DNA from: Candidatus Eiseniibacteriota bacterium
Lineage (GTDB): Bacteria > Eisenbacteria > RBG-16-71-46
Direction: 5' to 3'
Length of the DNA: 60,596 nt
NCBI GenBank assembly: GCA_013140805.1
Contig: JABFRW010000023.1
Coordinates: 1 to 60,596 of the forward strand
Positions 26,345 to 35,508 of the stretch are shown one piece after another; position 1 is the stretch's first letter, and each line of letters starts with the position of its first letter. Under the pieces are notes generated by a model. The model saw only the letters and a list, made by a program, of their open reading frames with translations. It was not told the DNA's origin and ran no database searches. Both the position numbers and the translations under genes were made by a program.

Positions 26345-26615
26345 TACCCGACCGGCCGGGTGCGCGTCTCGAGATACCCGCGCGACACCCAGAGTCGCTC
26401 CTCGCGGGCGTTGCCAACCATCACGCCGAGCCGCAGCCATTTGGAGCCGTTCTCGGCTGCCCAGCACTCCAGCCCGGTGTACAGCTGTTGCGCGAGCCCG
26501 CTACCGTAGCGCGAGGTCGATCGTGTGCAGTTCCGGCACTGGCGAAGGCGGAAGCGTGGTCGGCGACAGCGGTCGAGATTGTCGGCTTGGGACCCCGGCT
26601 CTACTCACGACGAGA
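26345..26615 (-). pseudogene. possible GNAT N-acetyltransferase C-terminal remnant (frameshifted)
   Basis: My translation gives ...PELHTIDLAL (one frame), then RYGSGLAQQLYTGLECWAAENGSKWLRLGVMVGNAREERLWVSRGYLETRTRPVG-stop (a second frame). This resembles GNAT motif A (R-x-x-G-x-G) plus the C-terminal strands. There is no start codon and only about 90 codons. Confidence 0.35.
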
Positions 26616-27476
26616 TCAGTCGAGGACTTCGACGGGGTCTCCCTCCCGCACGCCGCCTTCCTCCACCACGCTCGCGTAGATCCCCGCGGTGTGGCGCGTC
26701 TCGCGCACCAGCGTTCGCATGATGCGGTGATCCTGGGGCAGGTCGTCTTCCGGAAGCGTAACCATGACGCACCGCGGGCAGCCCATGACCACTTCGATCA
26801 GCGCCGTGCCAACGCGCAGGCGCCGCCCCACCCACGCGAGCTCGGGGTAGCCGTCGTCGTCGCTCTCGACCAGCAGGTTGGCGCGAAAGCGGCGCTCGTC
26901 CCAGTCGGACTCCGGGGCGAGACGCGAGAGAGTTCGCAAGGTAGTGCGGGTGATGAGGTGAATCGAGTACGCGTCGAAGAAGTTGCCGTGGCGCAGCAAG
27001 CGCAGTCGCTCGGGGGTGAATGCGCTCAGGTCGGCTTCCGGCTCACCCGGCAGGATCCCCATCAGCGCGCGGATCGTGTCAGGCGACTCTCCCGCCGCCG
27101 TGATGCGTGGGGCTGCTTCGCTTCCGGCGGGTCCTAGGGGGCAGAGTGAGACCGCGCGTCCGAGCAGTTCGCCGAGCCGGAGAGTCGCCTCGGCCGAATC
27201 CGTCGAGACCATGGTCCCATCCGGAAGGGTGATCTCGGCGGGCGGTGATCCGAGGCGCGAGTCGGGTTCGCTCGGGTAGCGCGCGCGGCAAGCGCGCAGC
27301 GGCGGCAGGCGCTTGGCGGTCGTCACTCCACTTCGCGACTCGTCGAACACCGCCCAGCCGCGATCACCTGGGATGCCGCGCAGGGACAACGCGGCAGTGT
27401 CCAGGCGCTCCCCGCCCATGCTCTTGACGGGATAGCGCCACAACTGAGAGAGGGTCCCGACTCGCATGCTCGGCAC
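26616..27476 (-). CDS. MOSC-domain protein (MOSC_N beta-barrel + MOSC)
   Basis: LWRYPVKSMGGE (MOSC_N), RFRANLLV, and the conserved Cys context VVMGCPRCVMVT. Confidence 0.85.
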   Translation of the reverse strand: MPSMRVGTLSQLWRYPVKSMGGERLDTAALSLRGIPGDRGWAVFDESRSGVTTAKRLPPLRACRARYPSEPDSRLGSPPAEITLPDGTMVSTDSAEATLRLGELLGRAVSLCPLGPAGSEAAPRITAAGESPDTIRALMGILPGEPEADLSAFTPERLRLLRHGNFFDAYSIHLITRTTLRTLSRLAPESDWDERRFRANLLVESDDDGYPELAWVGRRLRVGTALIEVVMGCPRCVMVTLPEDDLPQDHRIMRTLVRETRHTAGIYASVVEEGGVREGDPVEVLD

Positions 27477-27646
27477 GGTAGAGGGGCAGCGCGCCTGGGG
27501 TCAATCGCGCGGACGCCAGATCGTTAAGCGCTCGGAGCTGGCCTGACGCCTCGCCGCTGTTGGGCGCGAGGACGACGGGACCCTCGAGGACGACCCACGC
27601 CAGCACCGCCGCCTCGATCATCGTCTTGAACTAGGGTCGCTCCATA

Positions 27647-29104
27647 TCAGCGCGCCAGAACAATCCGCTGAGTTTCGACTCGGTCACCCGCAGAGAGCCG
27701 CGCCAGGTAGACGCCGGCGGGCAGCTGGCCACCGTGGTCCGCCGTGCCGTCCCACGTCACGCGATGACGGCCGGCCGCCAACGCGCGGCGTTCCAGCGTG
27801 CGAACGCTTCGCCCCGTCACGTCGTAGATCGCCATGTGAACGCTCGCCGCAACCGGAAGGTCGAAGTCGAGCGACGTCGAGGATGTGAGCGGATTCGGGC
27901 TCGCCGGGTGTAGTAGATGAGGGCCTCGGCCCGGATTCGGGCTCCGGACCGACACGGTTCCCTGCATCCGATTCAGCAGGACCGAGACGTCTTCACTGTC
28001 TTCATTGATCGTTACCAGATCGGGTGCGCCATTGCGGTCGATGTCGCCGGTCAGAAGAACTTGGATACTGGGATTGGAGCCGACGGCGAACACATTCGGG
28101 ATCGTGAAGATGCCGATGCCGCCATTCTTGTTTGCTGAGACGTTGTTGGTAGCGGCGTTCGCAGTTGCCACGTCGATGAGCCCGTCGAGGTCGAAATCGG
28201 CAGCGGCGATGCCGGTCGGCTCTACTCCCGGCAGGGCTGTCCCGTTGACCGGACCCACCCAGATGTTCGGTCGACCGCCATTGTTTTGAAGGAAGACGCT
28301 CGGGTGCTCCTGCCCCGGAGTCGTCCCGGACGATGCGGTCACCAGGTCGAGCGCGCCGTCCCCGTCGAGATCGGCCATCGCCACGCCCTGCGGCTTGAGG
28401 ATGGATCCCATCGACAGATCGCGGAAGATCTGGAAGGCGCCTCCGCCAATGTTCTTAAAGAGCCGCACCCTGCGGCTGTCGCGAGCGCTGACCGCAAGAT
28501 CCGGAACGCCGTCACCCGAGAAATCGCCGACCGCGATGCATCGCGTCTGGTCGCCGACCGGGTATGTGACTGCGCTCAGCAACCCTCCCGCCCCATTGTT
28601 GAGAATCACCGACATGTCACCGGAAACGCGATTGTTGACCGCGGCGTCCACGAATCCGTCTCCGTTCAAGTCCGCGGTGACGACGACACTCGGTTCAACG
28701 CCCACGGTGGCAGAGGGTCCCAGCGTGAAGTTTCCCGCGCCGTCACCCAAAACGAGCTGAACGCTGCTGGTGCCGAACAGCGCGACGACGAGATCAAGAT
28801 GTCCGTCGGCATTGAAGTCTCCGGCCGCCAGACCTTCGGGGCCCGTCTCATTCCCGGTCAGCAATGCGACCGGAGCCCCAAACGTGCCGTCGCCTTGATT
28901 CGCGAAGAACTCGATCTTGTTGGGGTTGTCGCTCGAAATCGCGAGATCGAGTGAGCCATCGCCAGTGAAGTCGAACAACACGCCGCCCGCGGGCTTGCCC
29001 CCGACGCCGAAGGTAGCAGCCGGGTGAAAGTCGATGAGGTTCTGACTGAAGGCAGTACCGGTGAGCCAAGTCATCAACAGCGCGGTCAGGGTCGAACGCA
29101 GCAC
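27647..29104 (-). CDS. secreted FG-GAP/VCBS repeat protein with FlgD/T9SS-like C-terminal domain
   Basis: Signal peptide (LTALLMTWLTGTAFSQ). Repeats of the form DFTGDGSLDL, GDFNADGHLDLV, ADLNGDGFVDA, GDFSGDGVPDL, ADLDGDGALDL, ADFDLDGLIDV, GDIDRNGAPDL. C-terminus: NPLTSSTSLDFDLPVAASVHMAIYDVTGRSV...GVYLARL. Confidence 0.85.
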   Translation of the reverse strand: MLRSTLTALLMTWLTGTAFSQNLIDFHPAATFGVGGKPAGGVLFDFTGDGSLDLAISSDNPNKIEFFANQGDGTFGAPVALLTGNETGPEGLAAGDFNADGHLDLVVALFGTSSVQLVLGDGAGNFTLGPSATVGVEPSVVVTADLNGDGFVDAAVNNRVSGDMSVILNNGAGGLLSAVTYPVGDQTRCIAVGDFSGDGVPDLAVSARDSRRVRLFKNIGGGAFQIFRDLSMGSILKPQGVAMADLDGDGALDLVTASSGTTPGQEHPSVFLQNNGGRPNIWVGPVNGTALPGVEPTGIAAADFDLDGLIDVATANAATNNVSANKNGGIGIFTIPNVFAVGSNPSIQVLLTGDIDRNGAPDLVTINEDSEDVSVLLNRMQGTVSVRSPNPGRGPHLLHPASPNPLTSSTSLDFDLPVAASVHMAIYDVTGRSVRTLERRALAAGRHRVTWDGTADHGGQLPAGVYLARLSAGDRVETQRIVLAR

Positions 29105-29318
29105 GCTCAGAGCTCCTTCAAGGGGTGAGGGCAGCGGGGGAAAGCGTGGATCGCTACGCTACGAAACTAGTGTGTGCCCGTCGTCGATCTATCGGCTATC
29201 GCGGTTGAGACGTCGCATTCTAGCCAGCGCAGCATCACGCGTCCGCTGAATATGCCATTCATGATGTGTGTTGGATCGTGCTTAACTTGGTCGCCGCCAC
29301 TGGTCGTCCGATCCGAAC

Positions 29319-29714
29319 TTACGTGGTGCCGGAAAGGTTGGCGACGACCGCCTCGCGGACGAGCGCCTTGAACGAGGACTCGTTCACCGCTTCACCTTCG
29401 GGAATGTCGATCGCGCGGCGGACGTTTCCTTCGAGGCTCGAGTTGAAGAGTCGCTTCGGATCCTTGAGCGAGGCACCCCTGGCGAAGGTCAGCTTCACGA
29501 CCTTCGTGTAGGTCTCGCCCGTGCAGATGATGCCGTCGTGCGACCAGATCGGCGTGCCCATCCACTTCCACTCCTCGACGACGCTCGGATCCGCCGCCTT
29601 GATGAGCTTGCGCATTCGGCTGAGCGTCTTCCCGCGCCAGTCTCCGAGTTCGGCGATTCGCTTGGAGATGAGCTTCGATGCCGACTCGACCTGGGGCGCT
29701 TCCGACTTCTTCAT
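29319..29714 (-). CDS. DUF1801 (YdhG-like) domain protein
   Basis: WRGKTLSRMRKLIKAADPSVVEEWKWMGTPIWSHDGIICTGETYTKVVKLTFARGASL. It is a paralogue of 30436..30858. Confidence 0.75.
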   Translation of the reverse strand: MKKSEAPQVESASKLISKRIAELGDWRGKTLSRMRKLIKAADPSVVEEWKWMGTPIWSHDGIICTGETYTKVVKLTFARGASLKDPKRLFNSSLEGNVRRAIDIPEGEAVNESSFKALVREAVVANLSGTT

Positions 29715-29723
29715 GATCTCCTC

Positions 29724-30164
29724 CTAGAGCTTGGCTCCGCCGTAGCGATTGGCTCCGCCGTCCCAACCGGGGATGGCGGCCGCCTGTTTGATCCAGGCCG
29801 CCATCTGCTTCTCGTCGAGCTTGTCCGACTCGCGTAGATCGAGTGAGCGCACGTCCTTGAACTTGCCGATAGGCGGAGCGGGCTCGAGCGAGCTTCCCTT
29901 GAAGAAGCTGAATTTGATGTGGCGCTGGAAGGCATTGCAGGCGAGGAACCAGCCCTGCCCCTCTACTCCGTAGAACGGGCAGTGCCACCGGATCGCCTTG
30001 TTCACACGCGGCACATGCTTCACGACGAGCGCATCGACGCGCCTGGCGATGGCGGCCTGCCAGGGTTCGAGGCTGGCGATGAACGCCTTCACGCCGGCGT
30101 CCCCGTCGGACTTGGGCAGCGACGCGGGCTTGCGGGCCTTCGCCGCGGCCGGTCGCGCGGTCAC
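29724..30164 (-). CDS. DUF1801 domain protein (second subtype)
   Basis: The GTG at 30164 overlaps the stop of the upstream small membrane gene (GTGA). VKAFIASLEPWQAAIARRVDALV...AIRWHCPFYGVEGQGWFLACNAFQRHIKFSFFKGSSL. Confidence 0.7.
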   Translation of the reverse strand: MTARPAAAKARKPASLPKSDGDAGVKAFIASLEPWQAAIARRVDALVVKHVPRVNKAIRWHCPFYGVEGQGWFLACNAFQRHIKFSFFKGSSLEPAPPIGKFKDVRSLDLRESDKLDEKQMAAWIKQAAAIPGWDGGANRYGGAKL

Positions 30165-30379
30165 TGGGCGCGTTGCACGCTGCGCCGCCTGGTGACGTAC
30201 GGCAGCACGAACATGTAGAGGCCCGTGAACAGCAGCAAGCCGAGCGGAAGCAGCGGTGCGTAGGTGACCCAGGCCGGAGGTGTCCCGCGCGCCATGACGA
30301 CGAAGTTGGCGATGACGGTCAACGTGAAGGCGATGGACAGCCAGCGGTGAGTCTGCCGAATCCATTTATTCCAGTTCAC
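30161..30379 (-). CDS. small two-TM membrane protein
   Basis: GTG at 30379 with GGGAGG 5 nt upstream. 72 aa: VNWNKWIRQTHRWLSIAFTLTVIANFVV...LLPLGLLLFTGLYMFVLPYV. Confidence 0.55.
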   Translation of the reverse strand: MNWNKWIRQTHRWLSIAFTLTVIANFVVMARGTPPAWVTYAPLLPLGLLLFTGLYMFVLPYVTRRRSVQRAQ

Positions 30380-30435
30380 TGGGACCTCCCTTGAAGACGA
30401 GTGGTGGGTTCCTCGCAAGCAAGTTGTCTCAGGGC

Positions 30436-30858
30436 CTACCGATTCTTCGTCGACGCGCCGTTCAGGGCGACCGCGGCCTTCACCAGCGCCTTGAACGCGC
30501 GCGCGTCGATCTTCTCCCCTTCGGCGATGTCGATCGCCCGCCGCGTGTTGCCTTCCAGGCTGGAGTTGAAGAGACGCGAGGGATCGGGGACGCCGGCTCC
30601 GCGCGCGAACGTGAGCTTCACGACATTCTTGTAGGACTCCCCGGTGCAGACGATGCCGTCGTGCGACCAGACCGGGACTCCCTTCATCGCATTCGACGGC
30701 TTCCGCCACTTCTGCTCCTCGGTCATCTTGGGATCGGCTTCGAGGATCAGCTCGCGCATGCGGTCGAGAGTCTCTGCTCGCCAATCCGTGACGGACTTGG
30801 CTGGCTTGCTCGCCTTCGACGTGGTCTTGGCCTTCGGCTTCGGCTTGGTCTTGATCAC
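30436..30858 (-). CDS. DUF1801 (YdhG-like) domain protein with Lys-rich N-terminus
   Basis: WRAETLDRMRELILEADPKMTEEQKWRKPSNAMKGVPVWSHDGIVCTGESYKNVVKLTFARGAGV. It aligns along its whole length with 29319..29714. Confidence 0.75.
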   Translation of the reverse strand: MIKTKPKPKAKTTSKASKPAKSVTDWRAETLDRMRELILEADPKMTEEQKWRKPSNAMKGVPVWSHDGIVCTGESYKNVVKLTFARGAGVPDPSRLFNSSLEGNTRRAIDIAEGEKIDARAFKALVKAAVALNGASTKNR

Positions 30859-30877
30859 GGGATCCTCCCCTTGCGGC

Positions 30878-33277
30878 TTACCGCACGATCGCGAGCTTGG
30901 TCGTCTCCGTCTGACCCGGCGCGATCACTCGAACAAAGTAGACGCCGCTGGAGAATCGCGCGGCATGATCCCACGCGGTCGCATGACGTCCGGTAGTCTG
31001 GAATCGATCGACGAGAGTCTGAACGACGCGACCTGTGACGTCGAGGATCTCGAGGCGCACACGACCCGATCTCGCAACCGCGTACTCGATCTGTGCCGCC
31101 GACCGGATGGGATTGGGCATCACGGTGATCGTTCCGGGCACGGCACCCGGGCCGTCACCCACCGACACCGACTGATGAACGCCGAAGGTGGCCAGGCAGG
31201 ACTGAGGTTGTCCGGCGATGCTCGTGAAGTTCCCGCCGACCAGAACCGTGCTTCCGATCACGCTCAGCGCACCGACCGTGAAGTCGGGATTCGGGGTCGG
31301 GTTCCAGCTGACGGCGAGGCCGGTCGCCGCATCGAGGGCGGCCAGATTGGTACGCGCCTGTCCGCCGATGCTGGTGAACGTGCCGCCGGCGTAGACCGTG
31401 TTCCCTCCCACCGCCAAAGCGCTGACCAGGTTGTTGCAGTTCGGATTCCAGGCGGTCGGAGCGGCAGTCGAGGTATCGATTGCGGCGATCCGGTTGCGAC
31501 CCAGACCGCCGAGCAAGGTGAAGCTGCCGCTGGCGTAGAGCGTGGTGCCGCCCATGGCGAGGGCATTGACGCCCCCGTTGAAGTTCGGGTTCCAGGCCGT
31601 GACCGCACCGCTGGATGCGTCGATCGCCGCGATTCGGTTGCGCGGCTGACCGCCGACGGTCGTGAACGTGCCGCCCACGTAGACTTTTCCGCCGCTGAGC
31701 AGCAGCGCGTTGACCAGGCCGGTTCCGACCGGGTTCCAGAGCGTGGCCGCCCCGCTGGTTGCATCGATCGCGGCAATCCCGCCGCGGGTCTGCCCGCCGA
31801 TCGAGCTGAAGTTCCCGCCTGCGTAGAGCGTGCTGCCGCTCACCACCAGGGCGTTGACGTTCGCGTTCGCGTTGGGATTCCAGGTGGTCGCAGTGCCGCT
31901 CGCGGCGTCGATCGCAGCGATCCGGTTGCGCGTCAGTCCGCCGATCGTCGTGAAGCTCCCGCCCGCGTAGAGCGTGCTGCCGTTCATGGCCAGCACATTG
32001 ACACCGCCGTTCGCGTTCGGATTCCACGCGGTGGCCGCACCGCTCGCGACATCGAGTGCCGCGAGGGAGTTGCGAGACAGTCCGCCGATGCTGGTGAACT
32101 CGCCGCCCACGTAGACCATGCCGCCGCTCACGGCCACCGCGTTGACTCCATTGCCGGCGTTCGGATTCCACGCGGTGGCGGCACCGCTCACCGCGTCGAG
32201 TGCCGCGACCCGCGCGCGCGTCTGACCGCCGATCGTCGCGAAATTCCCGCCCGCGTAGACCGTGACGCCTTCGACCGCGACAGCGAAGATCGCGCCGCTC
32301 GACACCGGATTCCAAGACGTCGCGGCACCGCTGCTGGCATCGAGTGCCGCGATGAAGCTGCGCGGCTGACCGCCGATGGTCACGAACCCGCCGCCCGCGT
32401 AGACCGTGCTTCCGCTGACCTCGAGGGCGAACACTGCGGTGTTCGCCGACGGATTCCAGGCGGTGGCGAGTCCGGTCGCGGTGTCGAGTGCTGCGATCCG
32501 GCTTCGCGACTGGCCGCCGATGGTCGTGAAGGAGCCGCCCGCATAGACAAGGCCGCCGCTCGCGACCACCACATTGACGGCGCCGTTGGAGTTCGGATTC
32601 CAGGCCAGCGCCGCACCGCTTAAGGCGTCGAGTGCCGCGATTCGATTGCGTGTCTGCCCGCCGATGCTGGTGAAGGAGCCCGCGACGTAGATCGTGTCGC
32701 CGCTCACGGCAAACGACTCGACGATGTTGTTCGAGTTGGGATTCCACGCCTCGAGCACGCCGCTCGTCGCATCGACGGCGGCGATCTGATCGCGTCCCTG
32801 CCCGCCGACCTGGGTGAACTCACCGCCCACGTAGACCCTGCCGCCGCTCACCGTGAGTGCGCGGACGGTTGCGTTGGCATTCGGGTTCCAGGCCGTCAGG
32901 GCTCCCGATGCGTCGATGTGAGCGAGATTGTTGCGCGCCTGCCCGCGCACCGAGCTGAAGATGCCGCCCAGGTACCAGCCGCCGCTGCCGTCCGCGGCGA
33001 TGGCAAAGACGGTCCCGATCACCTTGGGGTACGGCTGCTGAATAGCACCCGTTCCCGCATCGATCGCGACACCACCCCCGGTGGGTGGGCCGACATGGTT
33101 GAAGCTGCCGCCGATGTAGAGCAGTCCACCGTCGCGCACGAAGGACAGCACCTGGGAATTCGCCACCCACAGCGTCGTGTCCACACTCTGGGCGAGCGAG
33201 ATGCCTGCGGTGACAAGCAGCAGCGAGAGTGCGAGGGCGACGACGTAGCCATATAGGCGCTGGGTGAGCAGGCTCAT
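30878..33277 (-). CDS. secreted tandem-repeat beta-propeller-like protein (about 14 x 48-aa blades) with FlgD/T9SS-like C-terminal domain
   Basis: Signal/TM at the N-terminus. There are twelve units containing WNP(N/S/V/T)xN...V(N)ALAVSG.T(L/V)YAGG.FT.IGGQ.RN.IAA(L/I)DA.SGA.T plus two degenerate leading units. C-terminus: MPNPIRSAAQIEYAVARSGRVRLEILDVTGRVV...GVYFVRV. Confidence 0.8.
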   Translation of the reverse strand: MSLLTQRLYGYVVALALSLLLVTAGISLAQSVDTTLWVANSQVLSFVRDGGLLYIGGSFNHVGPPTGGGVAIDAGTGAIQQPYPKVIGTVFAIAADGSGGWYLGGIFSSVRGQARNNLAHIDASGALTAWNPNANATVRALTVSGGRVYVGGEFTQVGGQGRDQIAAVDATSGVLEAWNPNSNNIVESFAVSGDTIYVAGSFTSIGGQTRNRIAALDALSGAALAWNPNSNGAVNVVVASGGLVYAGGSFTTIGGQSRSRIAALDTATGLATAWNPSANTAVFALEVSGSTVYAGGGFVTIGGQPRSFIAALDASSGAATSWNPVSSGAIFAVAVEGVTVYAGGNFATIGGQTRARVAALDAVSGAATAWNPNAGNGVNAVAVSGGMVYVGGEFTSIGGLSRNSLAALDVASGAATAWNPNANGGVNVLAMNGSTLYAGGSFTTIGGLTRNRIAAIDAASGTATTWNPNANANVNALVVSGSTLYAGGNFSSIGGQTRGGIAAIDATSGAATLWNPVGTGLVNALLLSGGKVYVGGTFTTVGGQPRNRIAAIDASSGAVTAWNPNFNGGVNALAMGGTTLYASGSFTLLGGLGRNRIAAIDTSTAAPTAWNPNCNNLVSALAVGGNTVYAGGTFTSIGGQARTNLAALDAATGLAVSWNPTPNPDFTVGALSVIGSTVLVGGNFTSIAGQPQSCLATFGVHQSVSVGDGPGAVPGTITVMPNPIRSAAQIEYAVARSGRVRLEILDVTGRVVQTLVDRFQTTGRHATAWDHAARFSSGVYFVRVIAPGQTETTKLAIVR
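31166..33187 (-). repeat. intragenic tandem array of ~144-nt (48-codon) units, about 14 copies, diverged
   Basis: The periodicity shows in the protein (WNPN every 48 residues). It also shows in the alternate-frame shadow ORFs (30644..32623 +, 31155..32747 -), which repeat with the same period. Confidence 0.8.
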
Positions 33278-33486
33278 GCCACGGACCTCCGGTGCTCGAT
33301 CGAGATGCTTCCATGGCTTCGAGTCAGCCGGGGGGACTGGCCGCCTTCGACAGCAGGATTGTGAGGTGAAGAGTCTAGAGGATGCGGCCCCGGACGTGCA
33401 GTGTGAGTGGGGGCGCGCGCATCACGGGTTGGGGCCTGGCCCATTCTTGGCGCGCGTGTGTCAACGCCCCTGCCGGAGGTGTCGCC

Positions 33487-34392
33487 ATGCGCAACAGGTG
33501 CCGGAGACCCGGGAACCCGCGGGGCCTGCAGTTGTCCCTGCCGACGCCTGAGCGCGAGCCCACCTGGTACGAGGCTGGCTGGCGGTGGCTGGAGACCTAC
33601 GTCGCGACCGCCAGAAACGTGAAGGGCCAGCGGCTCGCCGCGTGTCGGTTCACGCGCTACGTCGCGGGCTCGCTGCTTCACATCTCGCTGCGTCGACTGT
33701 CCGGCGACCACATCCGCAAGTTCCGGCTCGAACTTGAGCACGATCATCACTTGAGCCCCTACACGGTGATGCACGTGTTGAGCGACCTGCGGTGCTTCCT
33801 GAGGTGGGCGGTCGACGCCGGCATCCTCGAGCGCACGCCATTCCCCGCCCGCGTGATGCCGCGGATCGCGGAGACACTGGCGCGCGGCTTGAGCGAGCCC
33901 GAGGTCGCGCATCTCGTGCGGTTCCCCGGCCGCGCCGGATTCGTGCTGCGGCTGCTGCTCGAGACCGGGCTCCGCTGGGCCGAGTCCTGCCAGGTGACGC
34001 GCCACGACGTGCGCGGCAGTCTGCTCGAGATCGCGCACACCAAGTCGGGCCGTGTGCGGCGCGTGCCGCTCTCCCCCGGGTTGATCGAGGAGATCGGCGA
34101 GATCGATGGCCCCCTCAATCCGTTCTCGCCGCGAAGCCCCGGCTCGTTCTCACGTCGTGTGAGACGGGTGAGCGACATCACCGGCTTCCACGTGCACCGC
34201 TGCCGGCACACGTTCGCGATCCGGTGGCTGGAGGCTGGCGGCAACCTGGCTGTACTGCAGCAGATCCTGGGACACCGCGACCTCAGCACGACCATGCGCT
34301 ACGCGCGGGTGACCGATGACCTCGTCCGTCGCGAAGCGGAGCGCGTGGCAAAGGTGCGGAAGGCGTCCCGCCGCATGGATGATCCACGGTAA
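33487..34392 (+). CDS. tyrosine recombinase / phage-type integrase
   Basis: From the ATG at 33487: GLRWAE (Arg I), HVHRCRHTFA (HxxR), LGHRDLSTTMRYARV (His..Tyr). It is clearly paralogous to the integrase at 41332..42327 along its whole length. Confidence 0.85.
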   Translation: MRNRCRRPGNPRGLQLSLPTPEREPTWYEAGWRWLETYVATARNVKGQRLAACRFTRYVAGSLLHISLRRLSGDHIRKFRLELEHDHHLSPYTVMHVLSDLRCFLRWAVDAGILERTPFPARVMPRIAETLARGLSEPEVAHLVRFPGRAGFVLRLLLETGLRWAESCQVTRHDVRGSLLEIAHTKSGRVRRVPLSPGLIEEIGEIDGPLNPFSPRSPGSFSRRVRRVSDITGFHVHRCRHTFAIRWLEAGGNLAVLQQILGHRDLSTTMRYARVTDDLVRREAERVAKVRKASRRMDDPR

Positions 34393-34767
34393 AGGCGATT
34401 GTCGCGCAGAGTATCGCTTTGAGGCGGCGCAAGGCGGAGGGCCTGCAGATGGTCGAGTAGGAACCGGTGCGGCGCCCGGCCGCAATCTCGTCACCGCGCG
34501 CCGATCGTCGACGCGGGAACAATCGATCCGGCCTTTGCAATCCTGTGGTCGCACCAGACGAACGAAGTGATCGCCGCGCGTCGCGTTCCGCTTGGCGCAG
34601 GAGCGACGTCTCGCACGCTGAAGACCTGTGGGGGATACGCGCGAGTGACCGACGGATTGATGTGCGCCGAGGCCGTCGAAGTGCAGAGCTGGATCCAGAT
34701 GACTGTGCTCGAGAACTTTGACTCGGAGCTGGGGATCGACCGAGGCGACGAGGGGTGAGGGGGGTGG

Positions 34768-35097
34768 TCACTCCCGCCTTGCGGCGACCGCGTAGGGCAT
34801 GAAGTACCGATTGAGAGAGTCGGGCGTCGAGCGGTAGACATTTCCGCCGAGAAAGTAGTCGCACACGACTTCCCGCACGCGGCAGGGTTCCTTGCGACGG
34901 CCCGCGAGGCGCGGGTCGGAGATCGTCAGGTCCATGAGTTCCAGAAAACGATCGAGGGCCGCTCGTTCCCGGGCCGGGTTCCCGTTGCTGCGTGCGCGCA
35001 GGGCGCGCGAGACCTCACTGCCGGCATTGCCCATCTGTTCCATCAGCGACAGGGTGTGCCAGCGACCCGCCGCAAGGGCGACGTGATGGAAGCTCAT
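34768..35097 (-). CDS. hypothetical helical protein (109 aa), operon partner of the DUF5674-like gene
   Basis: ATGA start/stop overlap with the upstream gene. [33 protein letters not shown]... I recognise no family motif. Confidence 0.5.
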   Translation of the reverse strand: MSFHHVALAAGRWHTLSLMEQMGNAGSEVSRALRARSNGNPARERAALDRFLELMDLTISDPRLAGRRKEPCRVREVVCDYFLGGNVYRSTPDSLNRYFMPYAVAARRE

Positions 35098-35444
35098 GGC
35101 CGAATCAGCTCCGCGACGATCGCACGGATGAGATCGCGCACCTCTGCGCTCTCGACGCCGCGACTCGGATTGCCCCGCGCGGGGCGCACGTTGATCATCG
35201 AGTCGAACTCGATCCAGCCCTCCGACGCATCTGCCGGGTACAGGTTGATGCCCCAGAGGTCGGCCTGCTGCGAGCCGTTGTCGAGCAGCCACTGTTCCTC
35301 ATCGGCGTGCATCTCGCCTCCGACCGCCATCACCCGGCGCCGGCAATCGACCACCGCCTTGATCATGTCTCCGAAACCGGCCTCGGCCAGCTGCTGGAGT
35401 CGGCCGCGAGTGATCGGATCGTAGATCCTCTCCATGGGTGACAT
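35094..35444 (-). CDS. DUF5674-like protein
   Basis: 116 aa from the ATG at 35444: [64 protein letters not shown]. The family assignment is from memory. The track ORF's upstream 78 codons are unsupported. Confidence 0.5.
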   Translation of the reverse strand: MSPMERIYDPITRGRLQQLAEAGFGDMIKAVVDCRRRVMAVGGEMHADEEQWLLDNGSQQADLWGINLYPADASEGWIEFDSMINVRPARGNPSRGVESAEVRDLIRAIVAELIRP

Positions 35445-35508
35445 GGGCGCCACTCTACCGGAGGTGCCACGGCTGCCGGAACCCGGCCGCTCTCGCGCAG
35501 CACTGACC

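Noticed and set aside
27364-27621. 85-aa ORF upstream of, and overlapping, the MOSC gene start
   Set aside because: No motif and no convincing RBS. It overlaps the well-supported MOSC start, so it is likely spurious.
30644-32747. 659-aa + ORF and 530-aa - ORF across the repeat gene
   Set aside because: These are alternate frames of the 144-nt tandem repeat. Their periodic Arg/Gly-rich text only mirrors the DNA repeat. The 30878..33277 frame has a signal peptide, a coherent blade consensus and a sorting domain.
33361-33420. Possible third, degenerate copy of the att repeat next to the 33.5-kb integrase
   Set aside because: Only ggccccgg plus a few scattered positions match (gatgcggccccggacgtgcagt against tggtggccccggctggagtc). 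That is too weak to call without a proper alignment.
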